Of a DNA stretch of 64,000 nt, positions 20,020 through 28,645 are shown in pieces (within the stretch, counting starts at the first letter, position 1; each line of letters opens with the position of its first letter). The notes below the pieces were generated by a model. It saw only the letters and a program-made list of their open reading frames with translations, did not search any database and was not told where the DNA came from. Source of the stretch: an uncultured virus (IMG/VR IMGVR_UViG_3300050508_000500) (taxonomy: Duplodnaviria > Heunggongvirae > Uroviricota > Caudoviricetes); IMG/VR virus record IMGVR_UViG_3300050508_000500; one strand, written 5' to 3'. Both the position numbers and the translations under genes were made by a program.

Positions 20020-22479
20020 ATGGTGTGGTTTGTCCTTCTCCTGAGTCTGGTGTGGGTAGCGCCCGCCTGGAGTGCCACGTATTTTGTCTCGACCGCCTCT
20101 GGCGCGTCCGATGGGAACCCCTGCGCGGATAACAATATCGGTGCCCCCAAGCGCAACATTGCTGGGGCAAATGGGGGGATCTCCTGTTTGTTCCCTGGCG
20201 ACACGCTGTTCATCCGTGGGGGGACCTATAATGAACAGATTCGGCCCCCCGGAGGGTCCTGGATGCGCAGCGGCACAGGGGAGAATAGCCGCGTTACCAT
20301 TGCCGGCTATCAGCAAGAGACGGTCATTCTTGCGCCGTTTAGTGGGAACGCGGTCCTCTCCTTAGAGCAGACGGGGAATTTTTCCTGGATGACCTTTGAG
20401 CGTCTGATTTTTGACGGGAACAATACCGGCGTGGTCGCCACCATTGCGGGGGACACCCATCATTTACGGTTTCGGAATGTGGAACTGAAAAATTCCCATG
20501 TCGATGGCAACTCCCATGGCTTCGGAGGCTCAGGAGGGCATCACCATGAATTTCTTGGTGTCTACATCCACCATGTCACAGGCTACGGGGCCTATTTTTC
20601 TGGCGCGGATTCCCTCTGGGATCATGTGACCATTGTGGATAATGGCGGGTATGGCCTGCATTTCTACGATAAAGCGTCCCACATTGATAACACCGTCGTC
20701 AGGAATAGTATTATTGCCCGCAACGGGTTTAACAACCAGTATGGCGGGGGTGGGATTGTCCTCTTCCATGGGGATAACCAGCAAGTCTACAACAATCTCA
20801 TTTACGGCAATTTTGAAGGGGTCGGGATTCGCAGTAGTTGTAACAGTTGCCGCGTCTACAATAATACCATCTATAACAATCAATACCGGGCGATCCAGAT
20901 TCTGGGCGAAACCTTTGATTATGAATATCCCCCTGGCAGTGGCATTTGGCGTGAGATCCGTCCGCCCACCAACGTCTATTTGCAAAACAACATCTTCGAC
21001 AACAATGGCAATACGATTGACCATCAAAATGGCACCATCGCGGCCCAGGACCATAACCTCTGCCAAGGTGCCAATCAAAACCTCTGTGATATGACCGGCA
21101 ACCCGGCTTTTGAGGATGCCGGGGGGGACAATTTTAAATTGACCCAGGGCAGTCAGGCCCGCAATCGCATTCCCACCAGTGCGGGCGCCTGTACCCTGGC
21201 CATTGACTTTGAAGGCACGGCTCGGCCCCAAACCCCGATTGGCGGCTCGGCAACCCCGTGTGACATTGGGGCGTATGAGTACAAGGAAGGCAATTCCCTA
21301 ACCCCACCGAACGGCCAACCTATTTATGTGCGAGGCAGCGTGGGGAACGATACGAATACGTGCTTTGCGGCGGAAAGTCCCACGACCGCCAAACAGCACT
21401 TACTGGGGCCAGACGGGGCCCTCAATTGCATGCAGACGCCTGGCAAGGTGCTCTACATCGAAGGCAATGGGAGTGTGTATAGCGAGGAAATTGATATCGC
21501 CAATACCAATCTCGTGGGGGGGGATGGTCCCTCGTTTACGACCGCGACGCGCCTGGAAGGCTATGGCTCGCCGCTGCCTGCCCTCAAGGCCCCCGCGGGG
21601 GGCGGGCTCAACCTGTATGTACGTGGCAGCAATGCGAAGTATCTGATTTTTAAGAAACTGGTCATTGACGGCAACAACGACACCTATAATACTGTGGCGA
21701 TAGCCGCTCCAGCCCACCATATTCGATTTGAAGAAGTGGAGGTCAAGAACACGCTCGGTCGCGGGTTTGAGGGGATCCATCTGTCCAATGTCAACAATAT
21801 CGAGTTGGTCGACGTCTTTATCCATGACGTCCGCAGAGACGGTATCAAAATAGAAGGCACCATTGATGGGTTTCTGTGCCAGCGGTGTCATCTCTTTAGC
21901 GCCCAGGCGAGTGGTCTGTACGTGGTGAATAATGGGACGAAAGCCAATCTGACCCTCCGGGAAACGGAAATCCGCAATAATAGCGGCGATGGGGTGAACG
22001 CGGAAACGGGCACCGGTCTGCTGCTGCAAAACCTGCTCCTCCACTCTAACGGGGGCCGGGGCGTGTGGATTCAGAGTGGAACCTCGGGCACCAGCCTCTT
22101 GAACACGACGGTGTACGGGAATACGGGCATAGGGGTGCAGTGTGATCCGCCCGCCTCCAATACCGAGATTGTGAACAACATCGTCTATGGCAACTCGGGG
22201 GGCAACATCGTCAATAATTGCAGCGCCGTGGCCACCTCGAACGTCACGATCAACCCCAACTTTCGTGGCCCGCCGGGCGATTTGAAGCTCAACGAACCGT
22301 CCCCAGCGATTGACCAGGGCCAGACGCTCCCCAGTATCCTCACGGATTATGAAGGCCAGCCGCGGCAGCAAGGCCAGCAAGACGTCGGCGCCTATGAGAC
22401 GATTGCGACGACGGGGACGCCTGGCGACACGGTGACTGAGCAGCCGTGCAACCTGCTCGCGGCCAGTATGTACTTTTAG
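20020..22479 (+). CDS. Secreted double right-handed beta-helix protein (pectin-lyase-like fold)
   Basis: Signal MVWFVLLLSLVWVAPAWS; PGDTLFIRGGTY; NNLIYGN/NNTIYNN ladders; two D(I/V)GAYE ends. Confidence 0.85.
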   Translation: MVWFVLLLSLVWVAPAWSATYFVSTASGASDGNPCADNNIGAPKRNIAGANGGISCLFPGDTLFIRGGTYNEQIRPPGGSWMRSGTGENSRVTIAGYQQETVILAPFSGNAVLSLEQTGNFSWMTFERLIFDGNNTGVVATIAGDTHHLRFRNVELKNSHVDGNSHGFGGSGGHHHEFLGVYIHHVTGYGAYFSGADSLWDHVTIVDNGGYGLHFYDKASHIDNTVVRNSIIARNGFNNQYGGGGIVLFHGDNQQVYNNLIYGNFEGVGIRSSCNSCRVYNNTIYNNQYRAIQILGETFDYEYPPGSGIWREIRPPTNVYLQNNIFDNNGNTIDHQNGTIAAQDHNLCQGANQNLCDMTGNPAFEDAGGDNFKLTQGSQARNRIPTSAGACTLAIDFEGTARPQTPIGGSATPCDIGAYEYKEGNSLTPPNGQPIYVRGSVGNDTNTCFAAESPTTAKQHLLGPDGALNCMQTPGKVLYIEGNGSVYSEEIDIANTNLVGGDGPSFTTATRLEGYGSPLPALKAPAGGGLNLYVRGSNAKYLIFKKLVIDGNNDTYNTVAIAAPAHHIRFEEVEVKNTLGRGFEGIHLSNVNNIELVDVFIHDVRRDGIKIEGTIDGFLCQRCHLFSAQASGLYVVNNGTKANLTLRETEIRNNSGDGVNAETGTGLLLQNLLLHSNGGRGVWIQSGTSGTSLLNTTVYGNTGIGVQCDPPASNTEIVNNIVYGNSGGNIVNNCSAVATSNVTINPNFRGPPGDLKLNEPSPAIDQGQTLPSILTDYEGQPRQQGQQDVGAYETIATTGTPGDTVTEQPCNLLAASMYF

Positions 22480-22489
22480 GGAGAGAGCG

Positions 22490-24352
22490 ATGCGCTGCTG
22501 GATCGTCCTGGTCGTCCTCTGCCTGCCGCGCCTGCTGGCGGCGCATTGTCTCCCCCAGCCGCCCGCGACGCTCTTCCCCGTGGTCGTGAACCAATTTGGG
22601 TATACACCCACGGCCCAGAAAGTGGGGGTGGTCCGCGATCCTCAGACGGGCTTTGATGCCGCTACCACCTATACCCCGCCTGCGAGTCTCCAGGTCCGCC
22701 GGCGCAGCGATACCGGGCTGGTGCTGAGCGTCACCCCCACGGCCTGGAACGGGGGCGCCACGCACGCGCAAAGTGGCGACAAGGTGTGGTGGGTGGATTT
22801 CTCGGGTCTGACGACGCCTGGCGTGTATTACCTTTTCGATCCCAGCGCCAACGCCCGCAGTGACTTTTTTGCCGTGAGTGACACGGCCTATACCACGGTA
22901 CTCCGGCAAGTCCTCCGCATGTTCTACTATCAGCGGAGTGGTTTTGCGAAGGGTGGACAATACACGGATGCGAAGTGGGCGGACGGCGCCGCATTTCTGG
23001 GCGCCGGGCAAGATACGCAGGCGCGCAGCGTGATCGATCAGGGCAACGCGGGGACGGCCAGAGACCTGCAGGGCGGCTGGTTTGATGCGGGTGATTTTAA
23101 TAAATACAGCATCTGGGGCACCTGGGCGCTCACCGACTTGCTCATGGCCTATCTCCAGTATCCCACCGTGTGGACAGATGATCTGAATATCCCCGAATCG
23201 GGCAATGGTATCCCCGACCTCTTAGACGAGGCCAAGTGGGAACTCGACTGGCTGCGCCGCATGCAGACGGCCACGGGGAATGGCTCGGTCTTAAGCAAAC
23301 TCGCCGTGACCGATCACCAGCGCGCCAGTCCGCCCAGCACCGACACCACGCCCCGGTACTGGGGCGCCGCCTCCACCGCCAGTACCGCCTGTACGGCGTC
23401 GGTCTTTGCGCTGGGCGCCATTGCTTTTGCGGCGGCAGGTCAGGCCGATTATGCCACGACGCTCACCACGGCGGCAGAGAGTGCCTGGACGTGGGCGCAG
23501 ACGAATAACGCCGTAGGCTATGCCAACACGGGCTTTAATAATGCCAACCCCGAACCTAGTACCTACGGACGGGCACTCTGTCAGTTGCAGGCTGCCGCCT
23601 TTCTCTATGCCAGGACGGGCACGGGAGCCTACAAGACCTACGTCGAGAACAATTACACGACGCTTAATGCGGTCAATTCGACCTATTGGTTTGGCTTTGC
23701 GCCGGATGTCTACGCCCAGCAAGCCCTCCTCTACTATGCGGTCCAGCCCGGCGTGACCGCAGGCGTGAAGACGGCGATTCAGAATAGCAAAACTACGGGG
23801 ATTGGCAGCGCGGAATTTTACCCGGCTGTCACCGCCCAGACGGACGCCTATCGGGCGTACATGAAGGATGCGGACTATCAGTGGGGGTCCAATCAGAACA
23901 AATCGCACATCGGGAACATCTTTCTGGATCAAATCCGCTATAGCCTCGATACGCCCAATGCTACCAACTACAAAAATGCCGCAGCGGGCTATGTGCACTA
24001 TATCCTCGGGGTGAATCCGCACAGTATCGTCTTCTTGACAAACCTCTACCAGTATGGCTGCGCGCGCTGTTCCAATGAGACCTTCCACGAATGGTTCTCG
24101 GATGGCACAGATTGGGATAATGCTCTCACCTCGCCCAAGGGACCAGCGCCGGGATATCTGGTGGGCGGTCCTAATCCCAACTTTACGGGCACCGGCCTCC
24201 CGACGCCGCCCGCAGGTGGGCAGCCGATTTTAAAGGCATTCGCTGATTTCAATACCAGTACTCCCCAGAATAGCTGGGAATTTACTGAAAGTGGAATATA
24301 TTATCAAGCTGCATTTCTACATCTACTAGCTCATTTTGTAGCAAACCCCTAG
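22490..24352 (+). CDS. Glycoside hydrolase family 9 with N-terminal Ig-like domain, secreted
   Basis: VNQFGY N-domain; DLQGGWFDAGDFNKY; PDLLDEAKWELDWL; C-terminal NSWEFTESGIYYQA acid motif. Confidence 0.9.
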   Translation: MRCWIVLVVLCLPRLLAAHCLPQPPATLFPVVVNQFGYTPTAQKVGVVRDPQTGFDAATTYTPPASLQVRRRSDTGLVLSVTPTAWNGGATHAQSGDKVWWVDFSGLTTPGVYYLFDPSANARSDFFAVSDTAYTTVLRQVLRMFYYQRSGFAKGGQYTDAKWADGAAFLGAGQDTQARSVIDQGNAGTARDLQGGWFDAGDFNKYSIWGTWALTDLLMAYLQYPTVWTDDLNIPESGNGIPDLLDEAKWELDWLRRMQTATGNGSVLSKLAVTDHQRASPPSTDTTPRYWGAASTASTACTASVFALGAIAFAAAGQADYATTLTTAAESAWTWAQTNNAVGYANTGFNNANPEPSTYGRALCQLQAAAFLYARTGTGAYKTYVENNYTTLNAVNSTYWFGFAPDVYAQQALLYYAVQPGVTAGVKTAIQNSKTTGIGSAEFYPAVTAQTDAYRAYMKDADYQWGSNQNKSHIGNIFLDQIRYSLDTPNATNYKNAAAGYVHYILGVNPHSIVFLTNLYQYGCARCSNETFHEWFSDGTDWDNALTSPKGPAPGYLVGGPNPNFTGTGLPTPPAGGQPILKAFADFNTSTPQNSWEFTESGIYYQAAFLHLLAHFVANP

Positions 24353-25149
24353 GAGGGCTGGAGAAGGGTTACTTGTCCGTTGCGACGCGTGCGCCAGCTC
24401 GGCAAGGTCGCTTCAATGGTCCCAACGTGATAGCGATTCTCGCTGACATAGGGACGATCCGCCAGGGATTCACGGCTGATAGGGATGTTATGTTCGAGAC
24501 AATACCCGGTCAACCATTTGCCATAGTCCGTCAGCAGGGACGGCGGGAGTTGCCGCTCCAGTTTATTGGCAAAGACATACTGGCGCAGCGTGATCCATTG
24601 TTGCTGGCTCAAGGCAAGGTCGGCCTTGGTATTGGCCTGCTGGGTCGCAACAAAATGGTCGATCAGCGTTTGCTGCTGGGCAATCAAGAGTTGATCCTGG
24701 CGATATTGGGATGCCGCGATCTGGGCCATCTCATGTTTCATGTTATCAACTTGATACGCCATCTCGACCAAAGCCCGCATGGCAGGGTCATGCAAGGCAG
24801 GCATGGGCGAGGCGTGTGCCTGCTTCATATCGAGAAAGGCTTGATTGACTTTTAACTGAAAGGCAGGGCTAATCCAGCCCGCGTAGGAAATGGCGAGTAA
24901 TTCATGCGTATAGACGCCAGCAACGTTTCCCCCTTTAACGACGTCAAAAGTCGAAAATGACATTTGGCTATCGAGTTCTGTTATAAGCTCTTGCGTCGAT
25001 TTGCGCTTGAGCCATTGCCCTGGCCGCTTCGTCTCTGAAGCGCCGCTTGCTTTGTGCAGCGTATTGAGGTTGTAGCGTCCAGAGAGATCTTGCAAGATAT
25101 GAACGTCAGCAATAATCAAGGCGTGCGTGGTAGACTCGTCAGTAGCCAT
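24349..25149 (-). CDS. KilA-N domain protein
   Basis: ATG 25149 with AGGAG; GRYNLNTLHKASG...WLKRKSTQELI...YAGWISPAFQLKV. Confidence 0.9.
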   Translation of the reverse strand: MATDESTTHALIIADVHILQDLSGRYNLNTLHKASGASETKRPGQWLKRKSTQELITELDSQMSFSTFDVVKGGNVAGVYTHELLAISYAGWISPAFQLKVNQAFLDMKQAHASPMPALHDPAMRALVEMAYQVDNMKHEMAQIAASQYRQDQLLIAQQQTLIDHFVATQQANTKADLALSQQQWITLRQYVFANKLERQLPPSLLTDYGKWLTGYCLEHNIPISRESLADRPYVSENRYHVGTIEATLPSWRTRRNGQVTLLQPS

Positions 25150-25272
25150 GACAGGCTCTCCTGTGAAGAGTGTGGCGTGGTCAGAGCCCTGTTGGTGTGT
25201 CAAGCACTGGCAGGGCTTGTTTTTTGTCCCTCGAGTATAGCAGAACGCCGGGGCACTCCCTAGAAGGATCAT

Positions 25273-25791
25273 GTGGTGGCCGACGAACTCCAGGTGCAGG
25301 GTCAGGGGCCGGGCGGGGGCAATGGCTTTAGTGTCGACTTGAAGCAGCGCTCCTTGGGGATTACGGGGCCGATCGTCATCCCAGTCATTTGCCTGCTGCT
25401 TCTCGGCGTGTTGGGGTGGATGCGCTCCAAAGACTTGAACGAGCACCTCAAGGCACTTGGGGCTAGGCAAGAGCAGATTCGCACGGAACTCCGGGAGCAA
25501 AATACACTCGGGGCCGCCCAGACGGAAGCCGTGCGGGGGGAGTTACGCGAACAAAACGCCCTCCTGCACGCGCAAAGTGAGGAAATGCGGCAGGAGTTTC
25601 GGACGCAAAACCGCACCATGGCCGACCAGGCGCAGGCCGTGCAACAGGCCTTCGCGGCGCAGATACAAGGGTTGGCAGATCGCTTGGATGTCCATGACTA
25701 TAATCAAGACAAGGCGCCGGGTGAGCGTCTGCCGCTCAGTCTTTCACCGGGCCGGTTGCCACAGCCCGAGCGTCCACGCGAGCGGCCGTAA
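25273..25791 (+). CDS. Single-TM coiled-coil membrane protein (possible lysis accessory)
   Basis: TM IVIPVICLLLLGVLGW followed by repeated ELREQN coiled coil. Confidence 0.45.
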   Translation: MVADELQVQGQGPGGGNGFSVDLKQRSLGITGPIVIPVICLLLLGVLGWMRSKDLNEHLKALGARQEQIRTELREQNTLGAAQTEAVRGELREQNALLHAQSEEMRQEFRTQNRTMADQAQAVQQAFAAQIQGLADRLDVHDYNQDKAPGERLPLSLSPGRLPQPERPRERP

Positions 25792-25801
25792 GGAGCACTG
25801 G

Positions 25802-26023
25802 GTGCGGACACGCTGGGGCCTGCTCGTGGGACTGTGCCTGCTGTCGAGCGGGTGCTTCTGGCGCCTGCACGAGTTGACGACAGCCCTGGCGGAGCGCCAC
25901 GTCGCCTCGTGCATTTTTTCTATGGGCTTCCCGTATCCTTTTATCTTGGTGCGCGTGGTCACTGTGACCGGTGGCGCGACGTTAGAGACGTGTAAAGAGA
26001 TCGAGCGCCTGCTTGGGCCGTAG
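25802..26023 (+). CDS. Small lipoprotein (possible o-spanin-like)
   Basis: GTG start after AAGGAG; MRTRWGLLVGLCLLSSGC lipobox-like. Confidence 0.5.
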   Translation: MRTRWGLLVGLCLLSSGCFWRLHELTTALAERHVASCIFSMGFPYPFILVRVVTVTGGATLETCKEIERLLGP

Positions 26024-26032
26024 GAGGGAACC

Positions 26033-26191
26033 GTGTATCTCGTCCTCATTATTGTCGTCGTCCTGCTGCTGCTTGGGGCATTTCCCGGCGCGCCCTGGAG
26101 TGGGTGGCATGGGTACGGGTATTATCCTAGTGGCATCCTCGGCATTCTCCTGATAGTGCTCGTCATTCTCCTGCTCACGGGTCGCCTCTAG
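26033..26191 (+). CDS. DUF3309-like two-TM small protein (absent from ORF track)
   Basis: MYLVLIIVVVLLLLGAFP...GYGYYPSGILGILLIVLVILLLTGRL; RBS AGGAGG. Confidence 0.8.
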   Translation: MYLVLIIVVVLLLLGAFPGAPWSGWHGYGYYPSGILGILLIVLVILLLTGRL

Positions 26192-26197
26192 CCTCGC

Positions 26198-26329
26198 CTA
26201 TCCCAAGAGCCACCAGAGCACGGCCCCCAGCGCCGCACCGATGACCGTCAGCACCAGGCCGAGGACACACCCGGCGCCACTGGGACCCAGAGTGTGGGGG
26301 TTAAGGCGGGGGTCGTGGGGCACGCGCAT
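26198..26329 (-). CDS. 43-aa single-TM peptide
   Basis: GGAG RBS; MRVPHDPRLNPHTLGPSGAGCVLGLVLTVIGAALGAVLWWLLG. Confidence 0.45.
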   Translation of the reverse strand: MRVPHDPRLNPHTLGPSGAGCVLGLVLTVIGAALGAVLWWLLG

Positions 26330-26352
26330 GCGCTCCGTATCTGGCAAGAGAG

Positions 26353-26376
26353 GTGGGAGGGTGTGCGCCCTCCCAC
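26353..26376 (-). terminator. Hairpin downstream of the peptide gene
   Basis: GTGGGAGGG/CCCTCCCAC 9-bp stem; pyrimidine run follows on the minus strand. Confidence 0.5.
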
Positions 26377-26390
26377 GCCGTTATCTGGGA

Positions 26391-26543
26391 CTAGGAGCAG
26401 GACGAGCTGGCGCTGTTCGTTTGGGACAGCGTGATCGTCTGCGAAAGGCTGCCCGGTCCGCTCAGGCTTTGGGAATACGACACGGACGTTGACTGCGAAT
26501 ACGATATCACGGCACCGGCCTTCACGTTGGTCTGCACTTTCAT
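26391..26543 (-). CDS. 50-aa RiPP-precursor-like peptide (absent from ORF track)
   Basis: AGGAGG RBS; MKVQTNVKAG-AVISYSQSTSVSYSQSLSGPGSLSQTITLSQTNSASSSCS. Confidence 0.65.
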   Translation of the reverse strand: MKVQTNVKAGAVISYSQSTSVSYSQSLSGPGSLSQTITLSQTNSASSSCS

Positions 26544-26609
26544 ACACCCTCCTGGCGCGGCTCACGGGCCGCCTATGACTGGTGTGGGCCATGGCCCACC
26601 GTGCCAGGA

Positions 26610-26745
26610 CGCCCCTGACACGTGCTGTTCCAAGTGTAGCAGACCGATGGCGTATTTTCCTATACGTAAATAAATTTTTTACTTTTGTAGAATTTTACCG
26701 CATACATTTTTCTTTTGTAGAAGTCACGCAAAAGGTGTATGCTAG
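26610..26745. promoter_or_regulatory. AT-rich divergent promoter region with direct repeats
   Basis: CTTTTGTAGAA at 26682 and 26712; TTGTAG-17-TATGCT on + strand; TGcTACACT on - strand. Confidence 0.55.
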
Positions 26746-26816
26746 CCACGAACCGCGGGGAACGGTGTCCCCTTTTCCCCGGCGCTGTGCCCCTACCCCT
26801 AAGAGACACAAGGACG

Positions 26817-27194
26817 ATGGCCGACCCAGAGGCGGGAGACGTGCGCGATGATATTGCACGGCGCCTTGACGCCATGCGCGAGGCGAAGCAATGGACGTTA
26901 ACCGAGTTAGCCAGGCGAGCCGGGCTCAAGCTCGGGGTCCTCTCGTCGCTCCATCGGGGTCGCCTGAAGGGGGCACATATGAAGCTCGGGGTCGCGCAGC
27001 AACTCTGCCGTGCCCTCGGCGCCAAAGTGGGGCGCGACCTGTTGGGCGAAGACGAGGAGGCGCCGGGGCTACCGACGCTGCCCGAGGGGGTCGATCTGGG
27101 GCAGATGTCCCAAGCGGAAAAAGATACCCTGATCATTCATCTGCTGGCGGAGGTGCTCCATCGCGGGCTGCACATGCCCCCCCTACTGGGGTAA
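26817..27194 (+). CDS. XRE-family HTH regulator
   Basis: RLDAMREAKQWTLTELARRAGLKLGVLSSLHRG...LCRALG. Confidence 0.8.
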   Translation: MADPEAGDVRDDIARRLDAMREAKQWTLTELARRAGLKLGVLSSLHRGRLKGAHMKLGVAQQLCRALGAKVGRDLLGEDEEAPGLPTLPEGVDLGQMSQAEKDTLIIHLLAEVLHRGLHMPPLLG

Positions 27195-27204
27195 AGGAGT
27201 GACG

Positions 27205-27360
27205 ATGGCTGAGAAGATCCCTGATAATCGCTGGCTGCGCGAAACTCTGCCGGTGCCCGACGAGGCCGTGGCCTGGGAGGAGGAAGTGGCCGCGATGACC
27301 GAAGACGAGTTCTATAAGTACCTGGAGGAGTGCGAGGGTGGCCTCGCCTTTGGGGTCTAA
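27205..27360 (+). CDS. 51-aa highly acidic protein (absent from ORF track)
   Basis: AAGGAG RBS; MAEKIPDNRWLRETLPVPDEAVAWEEEVAAMTEDEFYKYLEECEGGLAFGV. Confidence 0.6.
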   Translation: MAEKIPDNRWLRETLPVPDEAVAWEEEVAAMTEDEFYKYLEECEGGLAFGV

Positions 27361-27384
27361 GACCCGGCAGCGTTCGCCGCGTGG

Positions 27385-28269
27385 GTGCCCTCTGACAAGC
27401 GTCCCACGCGGCACGTAGCACACAGCCTCGGAGAAAGGTGTGTTGTGGTAAGCATACCAGATCTATCCTCCACGCATGCACCTCCTGTGACAACGCCTCG
27501 CGCTGTTGAACCCACCGTGCTCCAGCCCGAGGCGCGTCCGGCGCATCCCGACCTGATGCTCTTACTCGCCATGGAGCATCTGCAACAGGCGCAGCAACGG
27601 CTCGAAACCGAGGTGCAACAACTCGCCCCGCTTCTCGAACAAATCATCACCCTGCTCACGCCACGCAAAGAGCCCCAGGCGCCTCCCATCGCCTCCTATG
27701 CGAGCTTGTATGCTGACGAGGACCCGCCTGACGTGTTCCCCCAGGCGACCGAGACGCCGCCGAGACCGCCGCAACGAGGGGGGTGGTGCCGTCTCTTCGC
27801 CTCGCGCAGTAGCCGGGTCTGCGCCGTGGTGGCCCTGCTCATGGTGTGCGCACTTCCCTGGTATCGAGTGAATGTCACGTCCAGTGCGCCTCGTGGCCTC
27901 TGGCGTCTGCTGGCCGTGCCGGCGGTCGTCGAAAAAGGCATGTGGGTGACCCTGCCCGCGCCCGCGAGTGTGAAAACCTGGGCACCGCACTGGGCACACC
28001 TGCTCAAGCCGGTGGCCGCGGTAGCCGGGGACCAGGTATGTGTCGCCAAGGACACGCTCTGGATTCGGGGGCAATCCTTTGGCCGTGTCCTCACGCAGGA
28101 TGCGGAGGGGCAGCCTTTGCCACGGTTGCGGGAGGGCTGCGTGGTGGTACAGTCTGGCACGGTGTTTCTGGCCAGTGCCGCGCCCCAGAGTCTCGATAGT
28201 CGCTATTTTGGGAGTGTGCCCGTGACGGTACTGACCGCGCAGGCGCTCCCGCTCCTTACGTGGAGGTAA
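27385..28269 (+). CDS. traF: Conjugative S26 peptidase (pilin maturation) with N-terminal extension
   Basis: NVTSSAPRGLW (Ser), LLKPVAAVAGD (Lys), SLDSRYFG. Confidence 0.85.
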   Translation: MPSDKRPTRHVAHSLGERCVVVSIPDLSSTHAPPVTTPRAVEPTVLQPEARPAHPDLMLLLAMEHLQQAQQRLETEVQQLAPLLEQIITLLTPRKEPQAPPIASYASLYADEDPPDVFPQATETPPRPPQRGGWCRLFASRSSRVCAVVALLMVCALPWYRVNVTSSAPRGLWRLLAVPAVVEKGMWVTLPAPASVKTWAPHWAHLLKPVAAVAGDQVCVAKDTLWIRGQSFGRVLTQDAEGQPLPRLREGCVVVQSGTVFLASAAPQSLDSRYFGSVPVTVLTAQALPLLTWR

Positions 28270-28273
28270 TGGT

Positions 28274-28624
28274 ATGGATTCCTTCCAGCACATTCGTGAT
28301 CGTCTCGCCAACCTGTATCGTACCGCCCTCGGCCGGGAGCCCGCGCCGGGCCAACGCCAGGAGTCGTCTCTCGTGAACGGCATCCTGCGGCAAACCCTTG
28401 ATCCTGACCAGGGGCTGGCACAGCAGCGCCTCACCACCCCCGAGCGGACGGGTCCTCAGTCGTCGCTCTCGCGGCAGACGGTTGACCATCTGGGACAGCG
28501 GACGACCCCCACGCCACAGGCCCAACACTTCCTGGAGCAGATTGACGCGCTGCAACAACGCCTCGCTGCTGCCCGGCAGGCGGATCAGGCCCAACGGCGC
28601 CAGGGGTGGGAGCGTGGGCGCTAG
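28274..28624 (+). CDS. Hypothetical protein of the tra region
   Basis: GGAGG RBS; Gln/Arg-rich; ends QRRQGWERGR. Confidence 0.55.
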   Translation: MDSFQHIRDRLANLYRTALGREPAPGQRQESSLVNGILRQTLDPDQGLAQQRLTTPERTGPQSSLSRQTVDHLGQRTTPTPQAQHFLEQIDALQQRLAAARQADQAQRRQGWERGR

Positions 28625-28645
28625 GCAGACTGGTAGGGATCTACA

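Noticed and set aside
24349..25500. 383-aa extended KilA-N ORF
   Set aside because: The extension overlaps a plus-strand gene and the promoter; the RBS supports ATG 25149.
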